From: Candidatus Wolframiiraptor sinensis
Lineage (GTDB): Archaea; Thermoproteota; Nitrososphaeria_A; Caldarchaeales; Wolframiiraptoraceae
Reading direction: 5' to 3'
NCBI GenBank assembly: GCA_023261815.1
Contig: JALNKA010000010.1
Location: forward strand, 1-34,152
Length of the DNA stretch: 34,152 bases
Within the stretch, counting starts at the first letter, position 1. Each line of letters opens with the position of its first letter. The notes below the pieces were generated by a model that searched no databases, had not been told where the DNA came from, and saw only the letters and a program-made list of their open reading frames with translations. Position numbers and translations under genes: made by a program. Positions 16,848-25,997 of the stretch are shown one piece after another.

Positions 16848-16883
16848 TCCACTTCACCGGCTTTCTCCAGCCCCATGATTGAG

Positions 16884-16921
16884 AATCCTTATTACTAAAT
16901 CCTTATTACTAACAAGGATTT
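16884..16921. repeat. 14-bp tandem duplication overlapping an 8-bp-arm palindrome in a divergent promoter
   Basis: AATCCTTATTACTA twice (16884-16897, 16898-16911); AAATCCTT-N9-AAGGATTT (16897-16921). Confidence 0.7.
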
Positions 16922-16964
16922 CTCCGCAAATAATAAGAGATCTCAAGATCTGGGTGATGCAGCG

Positions 16965-17234
16965 TTGAGGCTTGAGGACAAGCTTTACTGGGCGAGATTT
17001 CTCGGAGGCGTGGTAATGGGCTCCTTAACCGCGATCCTGAAGCTATATGAGCCGACAATCCTTCTCGGAGTGGCCTTTGCGGTTGCAGCCTACATAATCT
17101 CGGCGATAATCCTCAGGTCGATTCTCCCCTCAGAGGAGAGGTCGAGACTTGGAAGAAGACTTTACCTGAGCGGCGCGACTGCCTACGCGGCCATGTGGAT
17201 CATAAGCCTGATAATAGTCTTCAACATTCTTTGA
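16965..17234 (+). CDS. Small 3-TM membrane protein, EMC6/RAB5IF(OPTI)-like
   Basis: 89 aa with SD GGTGA. The pattern DKLYWARF..G...G and L...G...Y..MWII..I.FN resembles my recollection of Rab5ip-family proteins. Confidence 0.55.
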   Translation: MRLEDKLYWARFLGGVVMGSLTAILKLYEPTILLGVAFAVAAYIISAIILRSILPSEERSRLGRRLYLSGATAYAAMWIISLIIVFNIL

Positions 17235-17299
17235 TCGGGAAAGTCCGTTGATAAACTGTGCAAATAATTTAATAGGATGCGCCTTCCCTCAACCAAAAG

Positions 17300-19300
17300 A
17301 TGGGAGAAAAAATGTACGACGAAATCATTATAAATGCTATCAGGTTTCTTAGCCTCGATCAGGTTGAGCGCGCGAAATCTGGTCATCCGGGAATGCCTCT
17401 TGGGGCAGCGCACATCGCATACCTCATCTTTGACAGGTTTCTGAAGTTTAATCCGAAAAACCCGAGGTGGATTGACAGGGATAGGTTTGTTCTCTCCGCC
17501 GGCCATGCTAGCGCGATGCTTTACGCCACGCTCTTTGTAAACGGATATGATATCACGCTCGATGATCTGAAGAGCTTTAGGCAGCTTAATAGCAGGACTC
17601 CTGGGCATCCGGAGAGCTGGCTAACGCCGGGGGTCGAGGCGACGACCGGGCCCCTGGGGCAGGGCTTCGGCAACGCCGTCGGCATGGCAATCGCCGAGAA
17701 ATACCTCTCGAGCTACTTCAATAGGAAGGGATTCAACATAATCGACCACTACACCTATGTCCTGTGCAGCGACGGGGATCTCATGGAGGGGGTATCGAGC
17801 GAGGCTGGCGCGCTCGCCGGCCACCTGAAGCTCCATAAACTGATAGTTGTCTGGGATAATAACAGGGTCTCGATAGATGGGCCAACATCGCTCGCGTGGT
17901 CCGAGAACGTGCTCGAGAGGTTCGAGGCATTCGGATGGCATGTCCAGAGCGTTGAAGAAGGCTACGATCTCGATGCTCTGGAGAAGGCCATCAGGAGGGC
18001 AAAAGAGGAGACATCAAGGCCATCATTCATAGCTGTGAGAACTCATCTAGCTTACAGGACCTCCATGCAGGATGATTGCAAGGCGCACGGCGCACCACTT
18101 GGAAAGGAGGCAGCATTGGATGCTAAGAAGAGAGCTGGATGGCCCCTAGAAGAATTCTATGTCCCGGAGGAAGTTTGGGAATATAGGAGGAGAAAGATTG
18201 AGGAGGGCGAGAAAAGGGAGGCTGAGTGGAACAGGTTATTCGAAAAGTATAGGGAGAACTACCCGGGGCTAGCCGACCTCCTGGTCAGAGCGTTCAATAG
18301 GGATTGGGGCGCGGAATACAAGAGGCACCTACCCATCTTCAGCGCGGGCGAGGAGCTAGCTACCAGGCAGGCGAGTAATAAGGTGATTAATGCGATCGCC
18401 GAGCATCTGCCCCTCATGATCGGAGGCTCCGCCGATCTCGCCGAGTCCACGGGCACCTACCTCCACAACTACAGCAGCTTTCAAGCTGATAATCCGCTTG
18501 GGAGATTCATACACTATGGCGTTAGGGAGCATGCAATGGGGACTATAATGAATGGTATGGCGTATCATGGTGGAATCTTGCCATATGGCGGGACGTTCCT
18601 TGTCTTCTCGGATTACATGAGACCTGCCATCCGGGTTGCCGCGATGGCGGGGCTGCAGGTGATTTACGTGTTCACTCATGACTCGGTCTGGCTGGGCGAG
18701 GATGGGCCCACTCATCAGCCGGTGGAGCAGCTATCATCCCTCAGGCTTATACCGAATATGTGGGTCATAAGGCCATGCGATCCAAACGAGGTCGCGGTCG
18801 CGTGGGATATGGCGATAAGCCGGAAGGATGGCCCAACGGCCATAATCCTTACGAGGCAGAAGGTTCCAACGCTTGATAGAAGCATCTATCCGCCAGCCGA
18901 GAGCATAAGGAGGGGAGCGTACGTTCTAGCGGACGCGGACGATGAGCCGGACATCCTGATAGTCGCCTCGGGCTCCGAGGTGCATTTAGCCCTTGACGCG
19001 AGGAAGATCCTCGAGAATCGCGGGCTCAAGGTCAGGGTCGTGAACATGGCCTCATTCGAGGTTTTCGAGCTCCAAGATGAGGAGTATAGGAGAAGTGTTA
19101 TCCCGAAGTCCATTAAACGGAGGGTCGCGATAGAGGCTGGCGTCGGGCTCTGCTGGCACAAATACGTGGGAGACGATGGCCTCATAATAAGCATAGAGAG
19201 ATTTGGGAAATCAGCGCCCTACAAGGATTTGATGAGGGACTTCGGGTTCACGCCCGAGGCCATCGCCGACAAGATCATAAAGCACTTTGGACTGGAGTAG
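17300..19300 (+). CDS. tkt: Transketolase, full-length bacterial type
   Basis: SGHPGMPLG, RDRFVLSAGHASAMLY, TPGHPE, TTGPLGQG, SDGDLMEGVS, GVREHAM, THDS..LGEDGPTHQP; single 666-aa chain. Confidence 0.97.
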   Translation: MGEKMYDEIIINAIRFLSLDQVERAKSGHPGMPLGAAHIAYLIFDRFLKFNPKNPRWIDRDRFVLSAGHASAMLYATLFVNGYDITLDDLKSFRQLNSRTPGHPESWLTPGVEATTGPLGQGFGNAVGMAIAEKYLSSYFNRKGFNIIDHYTYVLCSDGDLMEGVSSEAGALAGHLKLHKLIVVWDNNRVSIDGPTSLAWSENVLERFEAFGWHVQSVEEGYDLDALEKAIRRAKEETSRPSFIAVRTHLAYRTSMQDDCKAHGAPLGKEAALDAKKRAGWPLEEFYVPEEVWEYRRRKIEEGEKREAEWNRLFEKYRENYPGLADLLVRAFNRDWGAEYKRHLPIFSAGEELATRQASNKVINAIAEHLPLMIGGSADLAESTGTYLHNYSSFQADNPLGRFIHYGVREHAMGTIMNGMAYHGGILPYGGTFLVFSDYMRPAIRVAAMAGLQVIYVFTHDSVWLGEDGPTHQPVEQLSSLRLIPNMWVIRPCDPNEVAVAWDMAISRKDGPTAIILTRQKVPTLDRSIYPPAESIRRGAYVLADADDEPDILIVASGSEVHLALDARKILENRGLKVRVVNMASFEVFELQDEEYRRSVIPKSIKRRVAIEAGVGLCWHKYVGDDGLIISIERFGKSAPYKDLMRDFGFTPEAIADKIIKHFGLE

Positions 19301-19302
19301 AG

Positions 19303-19710
19303 CTAAGCTTCCTGCTCGCCCTCAGCTTCAGACTCCTCCTCGCTTCCTGTAGCCGCTTGCTCCTTCGCCAATTTATGCGGCACTGGAAGAGAGTCAATCA
19401 TATCTATTAGATCTATCCACGCCTGTATGAAGTCCTTGGGCGGATCATAGGCTTTCTCAAGAAGATCCGTAAACATCTCCTTAAGCCTCGCCTTATCCTC
19501 GCCGTTCAGGTATCTTTTCCAGAGCTGGAATATGAATGAGTCACGGTCATCTGTGACATAGGCGTAGTATATTCCGTGAAGGGCCTTGTAGTATCCGTTG
19601 CCTCCGAGCTTTTTCTCGAGCCTGCTCAAGGATTCCTCGGCCTTGCTCATCCTGCCCGAGAAGAGCAGCGTGAAGAAGTTTTTCACAGCTTTGTTCGTTG
19701 GCTGGCTCAT
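19303..19710 (-). CDS. Hypothetical protein translationally coupled to radA
   Basis: 135-aa ORF whose ATG overlaps the radA stop; gene-like composition. Confidence 0.7.
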   Translation of the reverse strand: MSQPTNKAVKNFFTLLFSGRMSKAEESLSRLEKKLGGNGYYKALHGIYYAYVTDDRDSFIFQLWKRYLNGEDKARLKEMFTDLLEKAYDPPKDFIQAWIDLIDMIDSLPVPHKLAKEQAATGSEEESEAEGEQEA

Positions 19711-20726
19711 TCAGCGTTCTCCCCCTCCAAGTCCTCTATACCATTCTCCGTTATTCTGAATAATGCCTCGCCTTCCGGGAGATATGGGCTCGCGACGAGT
19801 CTCGCTATTCTGACGTTTTTTCCAGCCGCTTTTCTCAAGTATATTCTCGTGTGGCTAGTGTGACCGACGATGTGTCCTCCAACCGGGAGAACCGCCATCG
19901 CGCTGAAGAACTCGTCGGGCCTGGCCATAACCTGATTCGTGACGACCGCGGCGGCATTGAAAGCCCTAGCCAGCCTGAGGAGCTTGTGCATGTGCTTGTT
20001 GAGCTTCTGCTGCCTCTCCGGCAAGCTCTGCCTCCCGACGTACTCGCTCCTGAAATGCGCGGTGAGCGAGTCTATTATTATCAGCCTGACATTGTTCTCC
20101 TTAATCACCTTATCCGCTTTCTCGAGTAATAAGATCTGGTGATCGCTATTATATGCCTCTGCGTAGATTATCCGCTCGCAAGCCTCATCCGGATCGAGGC
20201 CGACATGCTTCGCCATCTGCGCTATCCGCTCAATTCTGAAAGTGTTCTCCGTGTCTATGTATAGGGCTGCGCCGCTCAAGCCGCCCCTCTCAGTCGGAAG
20301 CTGCACGTTTACGGCCAGCTGATGGCATAGCTGGGACTTGCCGCTCCCGAACTCGCCGAAGAACTCTGTTATAGACTGGGTCTCGACCCCGCCGCCAATC
20401 AGGTTATCGAGAGCCTTACTCCCCGTCGTTATCCTCCCAACGCCCTTCTTCAGCTCGGCCAGCTGCTTCGCCGTAACCCAGCTTATCTCTATCGCCTCTC
20501 TAGCAGCCGCGATTATCTCCGCAGCTCTCTTCTCGCCTATTCCCGCCGCCGCCAGCTCGGCGATCGTGGCCGTCGCCAGAGACTCTATCGTCGAGAAACC
20601 TATCTCCCTGAGCTTCTGCGCCGTGGCCGCTCCGACCGATGGGAGATCCTCGATCCGGAGATAGACCTTCTTCTCGGCTGGCATCCCCGAGTCACTCTCA
20701 GCCTCTCGACCGCCTCGGCGCGGCAC
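19707..20726 (-). CDS. radA: DNA repair and recombination protein RadA
   Basis: N-terminal Hh[60 protein letters not shown]. Start at GTG 20726 or ATG 20684. Confidence 0.97.
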   Translation of the reverse strand: MPRRGGREAESDSGMPAEKKVYLRIEDLPSVGAATAQKLREIGFSTIESLATATIAELAAAGIGEKRAAEIIAAAREAIEISWVTAKQLAELKKGVGRITTGSKALDNLIGGGVETQSITEFFGEFGSGKSQLCHQLAVNVQLPTERGGLSGAALYIDTENTFRIERIAQMAKHVGLDPDEACERIIYAEAYNSDHQILLLEKADKVIKENNVRLIIIDSLTAHFRSEYVGRQSLPERQQKLNKHMHKLLRLARAFNAAAVVTNQVMARPDEFFSAMAVLPVGGHIVGHTSHTRIYLRKAAGKNVRIARLVASPYLPEGEALFRITENGIEDLEGENAE

Positions 20727-20811
20727 GTTACCTCAGAATAGGATGTAGCGGGCTATCTATTGAGTCTTCTCACCCCACTCTCCCGTTCTTATTGAGGCTT
20801 AGCTTCTAGGA

Positions 20812-21474
20812 TTATTCGGCGTTCTGTCGCCCATTGCTTTCCGACTGCCTCCTCCGCCTGGGCTTCTCGAGGAGTTTCTCAAGATACTCGTTAAAGAAGA
20901 ACCAGATTGAGAATACTGCGAGGGATGCTCCTATTCCGACGGCTAGGCCAGTGTATAGGGCCTGCTTGACTGGCTCGCTGAGGGCTGTTATATCTATCAG
21001 CATCGTGGTTATGAGGAGCATCACCACGAAGAGTAGGTATCCCTTCAGCCTGCTCTCGACCCTGATCTTCTCAATTATCGCAGAGAACGCGGTGAAGAGT
21101 ATGAGAGCTAGAACTATGACGCTTATCACCCTGGCCCCATAGAGCAACGCCGCGTTGGCTAATTCGAGGTACTCCGGTCCCAGGAATATATGGATCAGCC
21201 CGTAAAGCAGTGCCAGAAGAACTCCGACGTAGAATATCCAAAGAATAATGGAGTTGAGGGAGATTGGAAGCCTCATGCCTAAGTGCTTCTCCATCAGCCC
21301 ATCAAGGTTCGCGAGGGAAAGCAGCTTCTTGATGGCGCCTCCAGCGAGCTTGAGGACTAGAAAGGCAATTATTACCACTATTATTCCGAGGATGAGCTTG
21401 GGGATGAAAGCTGTGAAATCCGACATGAGCTGGAATGCGAACTCCCTGAGAACCTCCTCGCCTGAGCCAGGCAT
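20812..21474 (-). CDS. Membrane protein with MscS-associated conserved TM-helix repeats
   Basis: FIPKLILGIIVVIIAFLVLKL...IKKLL....LD pattern; about 5 TM segments; no MscS soluble domain. Confidence 0.6.
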   Translation of the reverse strand: MPGSGEEVLREFAFQLMSDFTAFIPKLILGIIVVIIAFLVLKLAGGAIKKLLSLANLDGLMEKHLGMRLPISLNSIILWIFYVGVLLALLYGLIHIFLGPEYLELANAALLYGARVISVIVLALILFTAFSAIIEKIRVESRLKGYLLFVVMLLITTMLIDITALSEPVKQALYTGLAVGIGASLAVFSIWFFFNEYLEKLLEKPRRRRQSESNGRQNAE

Positions 21475-21513
21475 CCCGGTGGCCTGTGATTCGGCAGCAT
21501 TTTAGCTTACCTT

Positions 21514-22866
21514 TTAGAGCCCGGCGAGGAGAAAAACGAGCCTGTAGATAACGTAAAGGAGAGTGAGCACAGCGGCCAGGGCGAGAAGCCTGATCGTTAG
21601 GGCCACAATCTCCCTACTCGTCTCTTGGATGAGCGCATACCCCATGAGGCTATTTGTGTAGATGAGCTGGGAGTATGTTCTCGCGACGTCCTCCGGCACG
21701 GCCGCGACCTCCGGCACCGCGAGGAATGCAAGAATCACCGAGAGGAGCCTGATCGAGATCACGGAGGCGAAGAGAAGCATGTAGTTCTGGCTGAGGAGGA
21801 TGCCGAAGGGTGTTGCCAGAAGCTGGGAGAAGTTAGTCAGCGCCGAGAGTATTATGCTTGACCTGACCGCGCCGAACTCCCTCAGGTACCTGGCGAATAG
21901 GAAGTTTCCGAGAAAGCTCGCTCCAGTGAACATGAATGTGCCGAAGGCGGATATCCCGAGATGAGCCGCGGGCGCAGGGGTGATGAAGGCCGCGATCGGA
22001 ACTAGGGTAACGCCTCCAAGGGCGATCCTGAAGCTCCTGAGCGACCTCCTCGCCCAGAAGAGCGAGCCCAGTATCCCGAAGATCGTCGAAACGAAGTTCA
22101 TCGTAGCCGCGAGGTAGTCGGGAGCTCCCAAGACGACCATCAAGTAAGGGGTCCACACTATTCCAAGCAGGTTGCTGGATGTCAGCATCGCGAGCAAAAA
22201 TGATGAGACCGTGAACATCTGCTCAGGCCTCTTCACCTTTCCCGGAACCTCGAATCCCTCGAGATGCCTCATGTCAGCGGTTGATAGCGCGAATGTTGAG
22301 AGAAGGCCCAATAGCGAGCCGACTACGAAGATTACAGGGAATTTCACGTCTTTCGGCAGGGTCGCGAGCATCGTTATGGCCGCCGCGGATCCAATCGTGG
22401 TCATCAGGTTGCCGGCAATAGTCCTCTTGGCCGTAACATCCCTCACGCCCGCCTCGTCGAAAGAGGAGTAGATCAGCAGGTTCATGAATGCGCTTATCAT
22501 CGTGGTCGATGTGCCTATCACCGCGTAGAAGATCGCTATGCTCAGCAGGTCTCTCGTGAGCACCATCGGAATCCAGAATATCCGCTCGAGAGCGTGGAAT
22601 AGTAAGAACTTCGCCTTAACCCCGCGCGTAAGGAAATTCGGGAACTTCCACAGCATCACTGAGGACAGAGATGATATGGCGGTCGCGATCACAGTTACGA
22701 TCGAGATCTCGCCGACGCCGAATCCCATCGAGGTCAAGTAAATCACTAGGAGATTCCTAGTTAGAGCTAGATATGCTCCCGCGAATACCATTTCCAGAAC
22801 CAGAATGAGCCTGAGACTCGGGGTCGCGTAGTGCGGAGGCAACTCGATTCGCCGGCAAGCCGACAA
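21514..22866 (-). CDS. MFS-like multi-pass membrane protein
   Basis: At least 12 hydrophobic segments with an MFS-like two-fold arrangement. Start uncertain. Confidence 0.65.
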   Translation of the reverse strand: MSACRRIELPPHYATPSLRLILVLEMVFAGAYLALTRNLLVIYLTSMGFGVGEISIVTVIATAISSLSSVMLWKFPNFLTRGVKAKFLLFHALERIFWIPMVLTRDLLSIAIFYAVIGTSTTMISAFMNLLIYSSFDEAGVRDVTAKRTIAGNLMTTIGSAAAITMLATLPKDVKFPVIFVVGSLLGLLSTFALSTADMRHLEGFEVPGKVKRPEQMFTVSSFLLAMLTSSNLLGIVWTPYLMVVLGAPDYLAATMNFVSTIFGILGSLFWARRSLRSFRIALGGVTLVPIAAFITPAPAAHLGISAFGTFMFTGASFLGNFLFARYLREFGAVRSSIILSALTNFSQLLATPFGILLSQNYMLLFASVISIRLLSVILAFLAVPEVAAVPEDVARTYSQLIYTNSLMGYALIQETSREIVALTIRLLALAAVLTLLYVIYRLVFLLAGL

Positions 22867-22930
22867 TCTAAAATACGTTTCCAGATCTGCTCTAATGATG
22901 AAATTTGAGAAAATCGCATATGATTTAGCA

Positions 22931-22944
22931 TCTTGATATCAAGA
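22931..22944. promoter_or_regulatory. Perfect 14-bp palindrome in a divergent intergenic region (candidate operator)
   Basis: TCTTGATATCAAGA, between the MFS-like gene and iscS. Confidence 0.4.
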
Positions 22945-23014
22945 GCTTGGTAGACGGGAATGATGGTGGAAGAACATATATTGTGAGGGTGCGGAAGCCG
23001 ATCTCGGGCTGGAA

Positions 23015-24184
23015 ATGCCTGCGGCGCGCCGCGTCTACATGGATTATGCCTCCACGACGCCAATGGACCCAAGAGTAATCGAGGCTATGATGCCGTATTT
23101 CAGGGATAGGTTCGGGAACACGATGAGCCCCCATTATTGGGGCATGGAGGCCAGGGAGGCGCTTGAGAAGGCTAGGGAGACTATTGCCGCGTTTATCGGC
23201 GCTAATCCGATGGAGCTCATCTTCACGAGCAGCGCCACTGAGAGCAATAATCTCGCCATTAAGGGCGTTGCCCTGGCCAACCGGGGGAGAGGCAGGCACA
23301 TCATCACGTCCAAGATAGAGCATCCCAGCGTCCTAGAGCCGTGCAGGTGGCTCGAGAAGTACGGCTTCGAGGTAACCTATCTCCCAGTTGATGAGCATGG
23401 GCTGGTCAATCCGGCCGATGTGGAGGCCGCGATTAGGCGCGACACGACACTCGTCTCAATAATGCACGCTAATAACGAGATCGGGACGATAGAGCCGGTG
23501 AGGGAAATCGGCAAAATCTGCGGAGAACGTGGAGTATATTTTCACGTTGATGCGGCTCAGAGCCTGGGAAAGCTCCCCGTGAACGTCGAGGAAATGAGCG
23601 TGGATCTGCTGACGATTAGCGCTCACAAGATTTATGGGCCGAAGGGGATTGGCGGTCTCTACATCAGAGATGGCGTCAAGCTCGAGCCCCTACTCCACGG
23701 CGGCGGCCACGAGCATGGTCTCAGATCTAGCACCGTGAACGTCCCCGGAGCGGTTGGATTCGCGGAGGCGTGCAGGATAGCTGGAGAAGTCATGAGCGAG
23801 GAGGCTGAGAGGCTGAGGGGGCTCTGCGGAAAGCTAATCAAGAGAATTCTCGAGCTGGATGGCGTCCACTTGACGGGCCACCCGGAGAGGAGGCTGCCGA
23901 CCATCGCGAGCTTCTGGCTCGAGTTCATCGACGGCGAGAGGCTGATAATGGAGCTGAATGAGCGCGGCATAGCCGCGTCCACGGGATCGGCGTGCTCGAG
24001 CGGAAAGATCGAGCCGAGCCACGTACTCCTAGCAATAGGATTAAATGAGAGGCAGGCTAGGAGAGGCCTGAGGCTCAGCATAGGAAGATGGACAACTGGA
24101 GATGAAATCGACTACGCGGTCGAGTGCATTAGGGAGATAGCCGAGAAGTATGGAGCATGCTCGGAGAGAAAGTCTTATTATTGA
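23015..24184 (+). CDS. iscS: Cysteine desulfurase, class I (IscS/NifS)
   Basis: YMDYASTTP, FTSSATESNN, IEHPSV, ANNEIGTI, HVDAAQ, SAHKIYGPKG (PLP Lys), STGSACSS (catalytic Cys). Confidence 0.95.
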   Translation: MPAARRVYMDYASTTPMDPRVIEAMMPYFRDRFGNTMSPHYWGMEAREALEKARETIAAFIGANPMELIFTSSATESNNLAIKGVALANRGRGRHIITSKIEHPSVLEPCRWLEKYGFEVTYLPVDEHGLVNPADVEAAIRRDTTLVSIMHANNEIGTIEPVREIGKICGERGVYFHVDAAQSLGKLPVNVEEMSVDLLTISAHKIYGPKGIGGLYIRDGVKLEPLLHGGGHEHGLRSSTVNVPGAVGFAEACRIAGEVMSEEAERLRGLCGKLIKRILELDGVHLTGHPERRLPTIASFWLEFIDGERLIMELNERGIAASTGSACSSGKIEPSHVLLAIGLNERQARRGLRLSIGRWTTGDEIDYAVECIREIAEKYGACSERKSYY

Positions 24185-24202
24185 GGTGCGGCCAAAATAC
24201 TC

Positions 24203-25039
24203 ATGAGCCGAGCTAAGATCGCTAGATATCTTGCTTTGATTGCCTTCATCGCTATCACCGATATGCTGTACGGCGTGATTGCTGGAAAAGTCTTGGATGC
24301 ATCATTCATTCTCCTAAGCTTCATGACCGGCGTTATGCTGGGCTCCCTTCTTACATGGCTGCTCACGAGAATCGAAGTTAAGCCGCTGCATGCTCTTATC
24401 CTAACCTGGATCAACCTCTACGTCGTGACGTTTCTCAGCAATATTGTTGAGGCGTACTTTTCACCACGATCTTCAGCCGGGTAGAAGTATTGGCAGCCGC
24501 GATCACCATGCCGATTCCCATAACTCTCGCGGAGGCGACAATGGCGGTGATTATTCTGCCGACCGGAGATAGAAGCCTACTCAACCTAATTAGGAGCCAT
24601 TTATCTTCGCGTAATGCCGGCTCATGGGCGTGGCAAATAGCTGTCAGCGCCGTAGCATATCTTTTGCTCTATTCCTTCTTCGGGATGCTCATCTACCCTT
24701 CGTAGCCGAGTATTATAGTGATTCGACGCTTGGCCTTAGGTCCCGGGATTCGAGTTGATCGTGCCGCTGGAGATCCTCAGAGGGCTCCTTTACGTGGCCG
24801 CCCTATTCCCTATCATCGCCTCACTAAGTGGCGACCATAAATCGAGCTTCATCGCCGTGTTCCTCGTGCTCTTCCTAGTCGGGGGATTCATACCATTAAT
24901 CTCGAGGCCGTCCATTCCTCCGGTGATCCTGCCCTTCCACACCCTAGAGATACTCGCGGACTCGCTGGTCTATGGCTTCATCCTATCCAAGATACTGGCT
25001 GCAGGAGGCTTATCGAGGAACGCTGGAAAGCATGTTTAA
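24203..25039 (+). pseudogene. Fragmented multi-pass membrane protein gene
   Basis: Three consecutive hydrophobic ORFs (24203-24484, 24490-24705, 24755-25039) with frame changes between them. The second and third have TTG starts only, consistent with one frameshifted ~280-aa gene. Confidence 0.6.
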
Positions 25040-25072
25040 AGCAAGCTGCCGAGACGATGTCTTAGCGGGAGC

Positions 25073-25729
25073 TTGAGGGCGATCTCGCTGATCTCAGGCG
25101 GAATAGATTCCCCGGTCTCCGCGTACCTCATGCTGAGGAGGGGGGTGGAGCTTGTCTATCTTCATTTTCACAGCTTTCCCCTCATCTCGAGGTCCAGCAT
25201 CTATAAGGTGATGCAACTGGTTAGAATTCTTTCGAGATATGGGCCAACGCGCACACTATACCTCGCGCCGCTCGCCGAGATACAATCCTACCTGAGAACC
25301 CGGGTTGATCCCAAGTATCTCGTGATCCTGTATAGGAGATTCATGCTCAGGATAGCTGAGGTGATTGCTGAGCGCGAGAGGGCAATGTTCTTGGTCACGG
25401 GCGAGAGCTTGGGCCAGGTCTCATCCCAGACGCTCCAGAACCTCAGGGTCATAGATGCGGCTGCGAGAACCCCGGTTTTAAGACCGCTCATAGGATTGGA
25501 TAAGGAGGAGATCACCGCGCTGGCGAAGGAGATAGGAACATATGATATCTCGATAAAACCTCAGGAGGATTGCTGCACGCTCTTCGTGCCCCGAAGGCAG
25601 GCGACGGCGGCCAAGCTGGAGGAAATCGAGAAGATCGAGAAAGCCCTACCCGTCGAGGAGCTAATCGCGAATGCATTAGAGAAAGTTGAGAGGATGGAGG
25701 TTTCCACGGGCGCCTACTTGAGCCAGTAG
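25073..25729 (+). CDS. ThiI-family PP-loop adenylyl/sulfurtransferase domain lacking THUMP and rhodanese domains
   Basis: LISGGIDSPVS, LYRRFMLRIA, VTGESLGQVSSQTLQNL, LRPLIGLDKEEI, EDCC; only 218 aa. Confidence 0.88.
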   Translation: MRAISLISGGIDSPVSAYLMLRRGVELVYLHFHSFPLISRSSIYKVMQLVRILSRYGPTRTLYLAPLAEIQSYLRTRVDPKYLVILYRRFMLRIAEVIAERERAMFLVTGESLGQVSSQTLQNLRVIDAAARTPVLRPLIGLDKEEITALAKEIGTYDISIKPQEDCCTLFVPRRQATAAKLEEIEKIEKALPVEELIANALEKVERMEVSTGAYLSQ

Positions 25730-25893
25730 AGCTCCGTGTATCCGCAGGCCACGCAGACCCTCACCTCCACCGACTCATATCTCTGGAGCTCCGGCGGCAG
25801 GAAGCTCTTAACCGAGAATGGGCCGATCCTCGCCGAGAGGCTCTTGACTATGCTCATCATCTCGCCGCCACACTTAGGGCACGCGCAAGCCAT
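25714..25893 (-). CDS. Small Zn-ribbon protein (59 aa), below the ORF-track cutoff
   Basis: MACACPKCGGEM...VRVCVACGYTELYWLK*: two CxxC pairs and a CGYTELY ending. Confidence 0.75.
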   Translation of the reverse strand: MACACPKCGGEMMSIVKSLSARIGPFSVKSFLPPELQRYESVEVRVCVACGYTELYWLK

Positions 25894-25997
25894 GCATCGC
25901 CCGCAATGAGCTCCTTGATATCCTTAATCCTTAATGCTACAACCCCCCGTAAGAAAAATTGATGTTTAAAATATGCTTAAGGCTAGGTTTTGGCGCC

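Noticed and set aside
17261-17270. CAAATAATTT, exact reverse complement of copy 1 segment A plus TG, upstream of tkt
   Set aside because: The adjacent half-site does not match segment B (GGCCCGTT); a single AT-rich 10-mer in a promoter can be chance.
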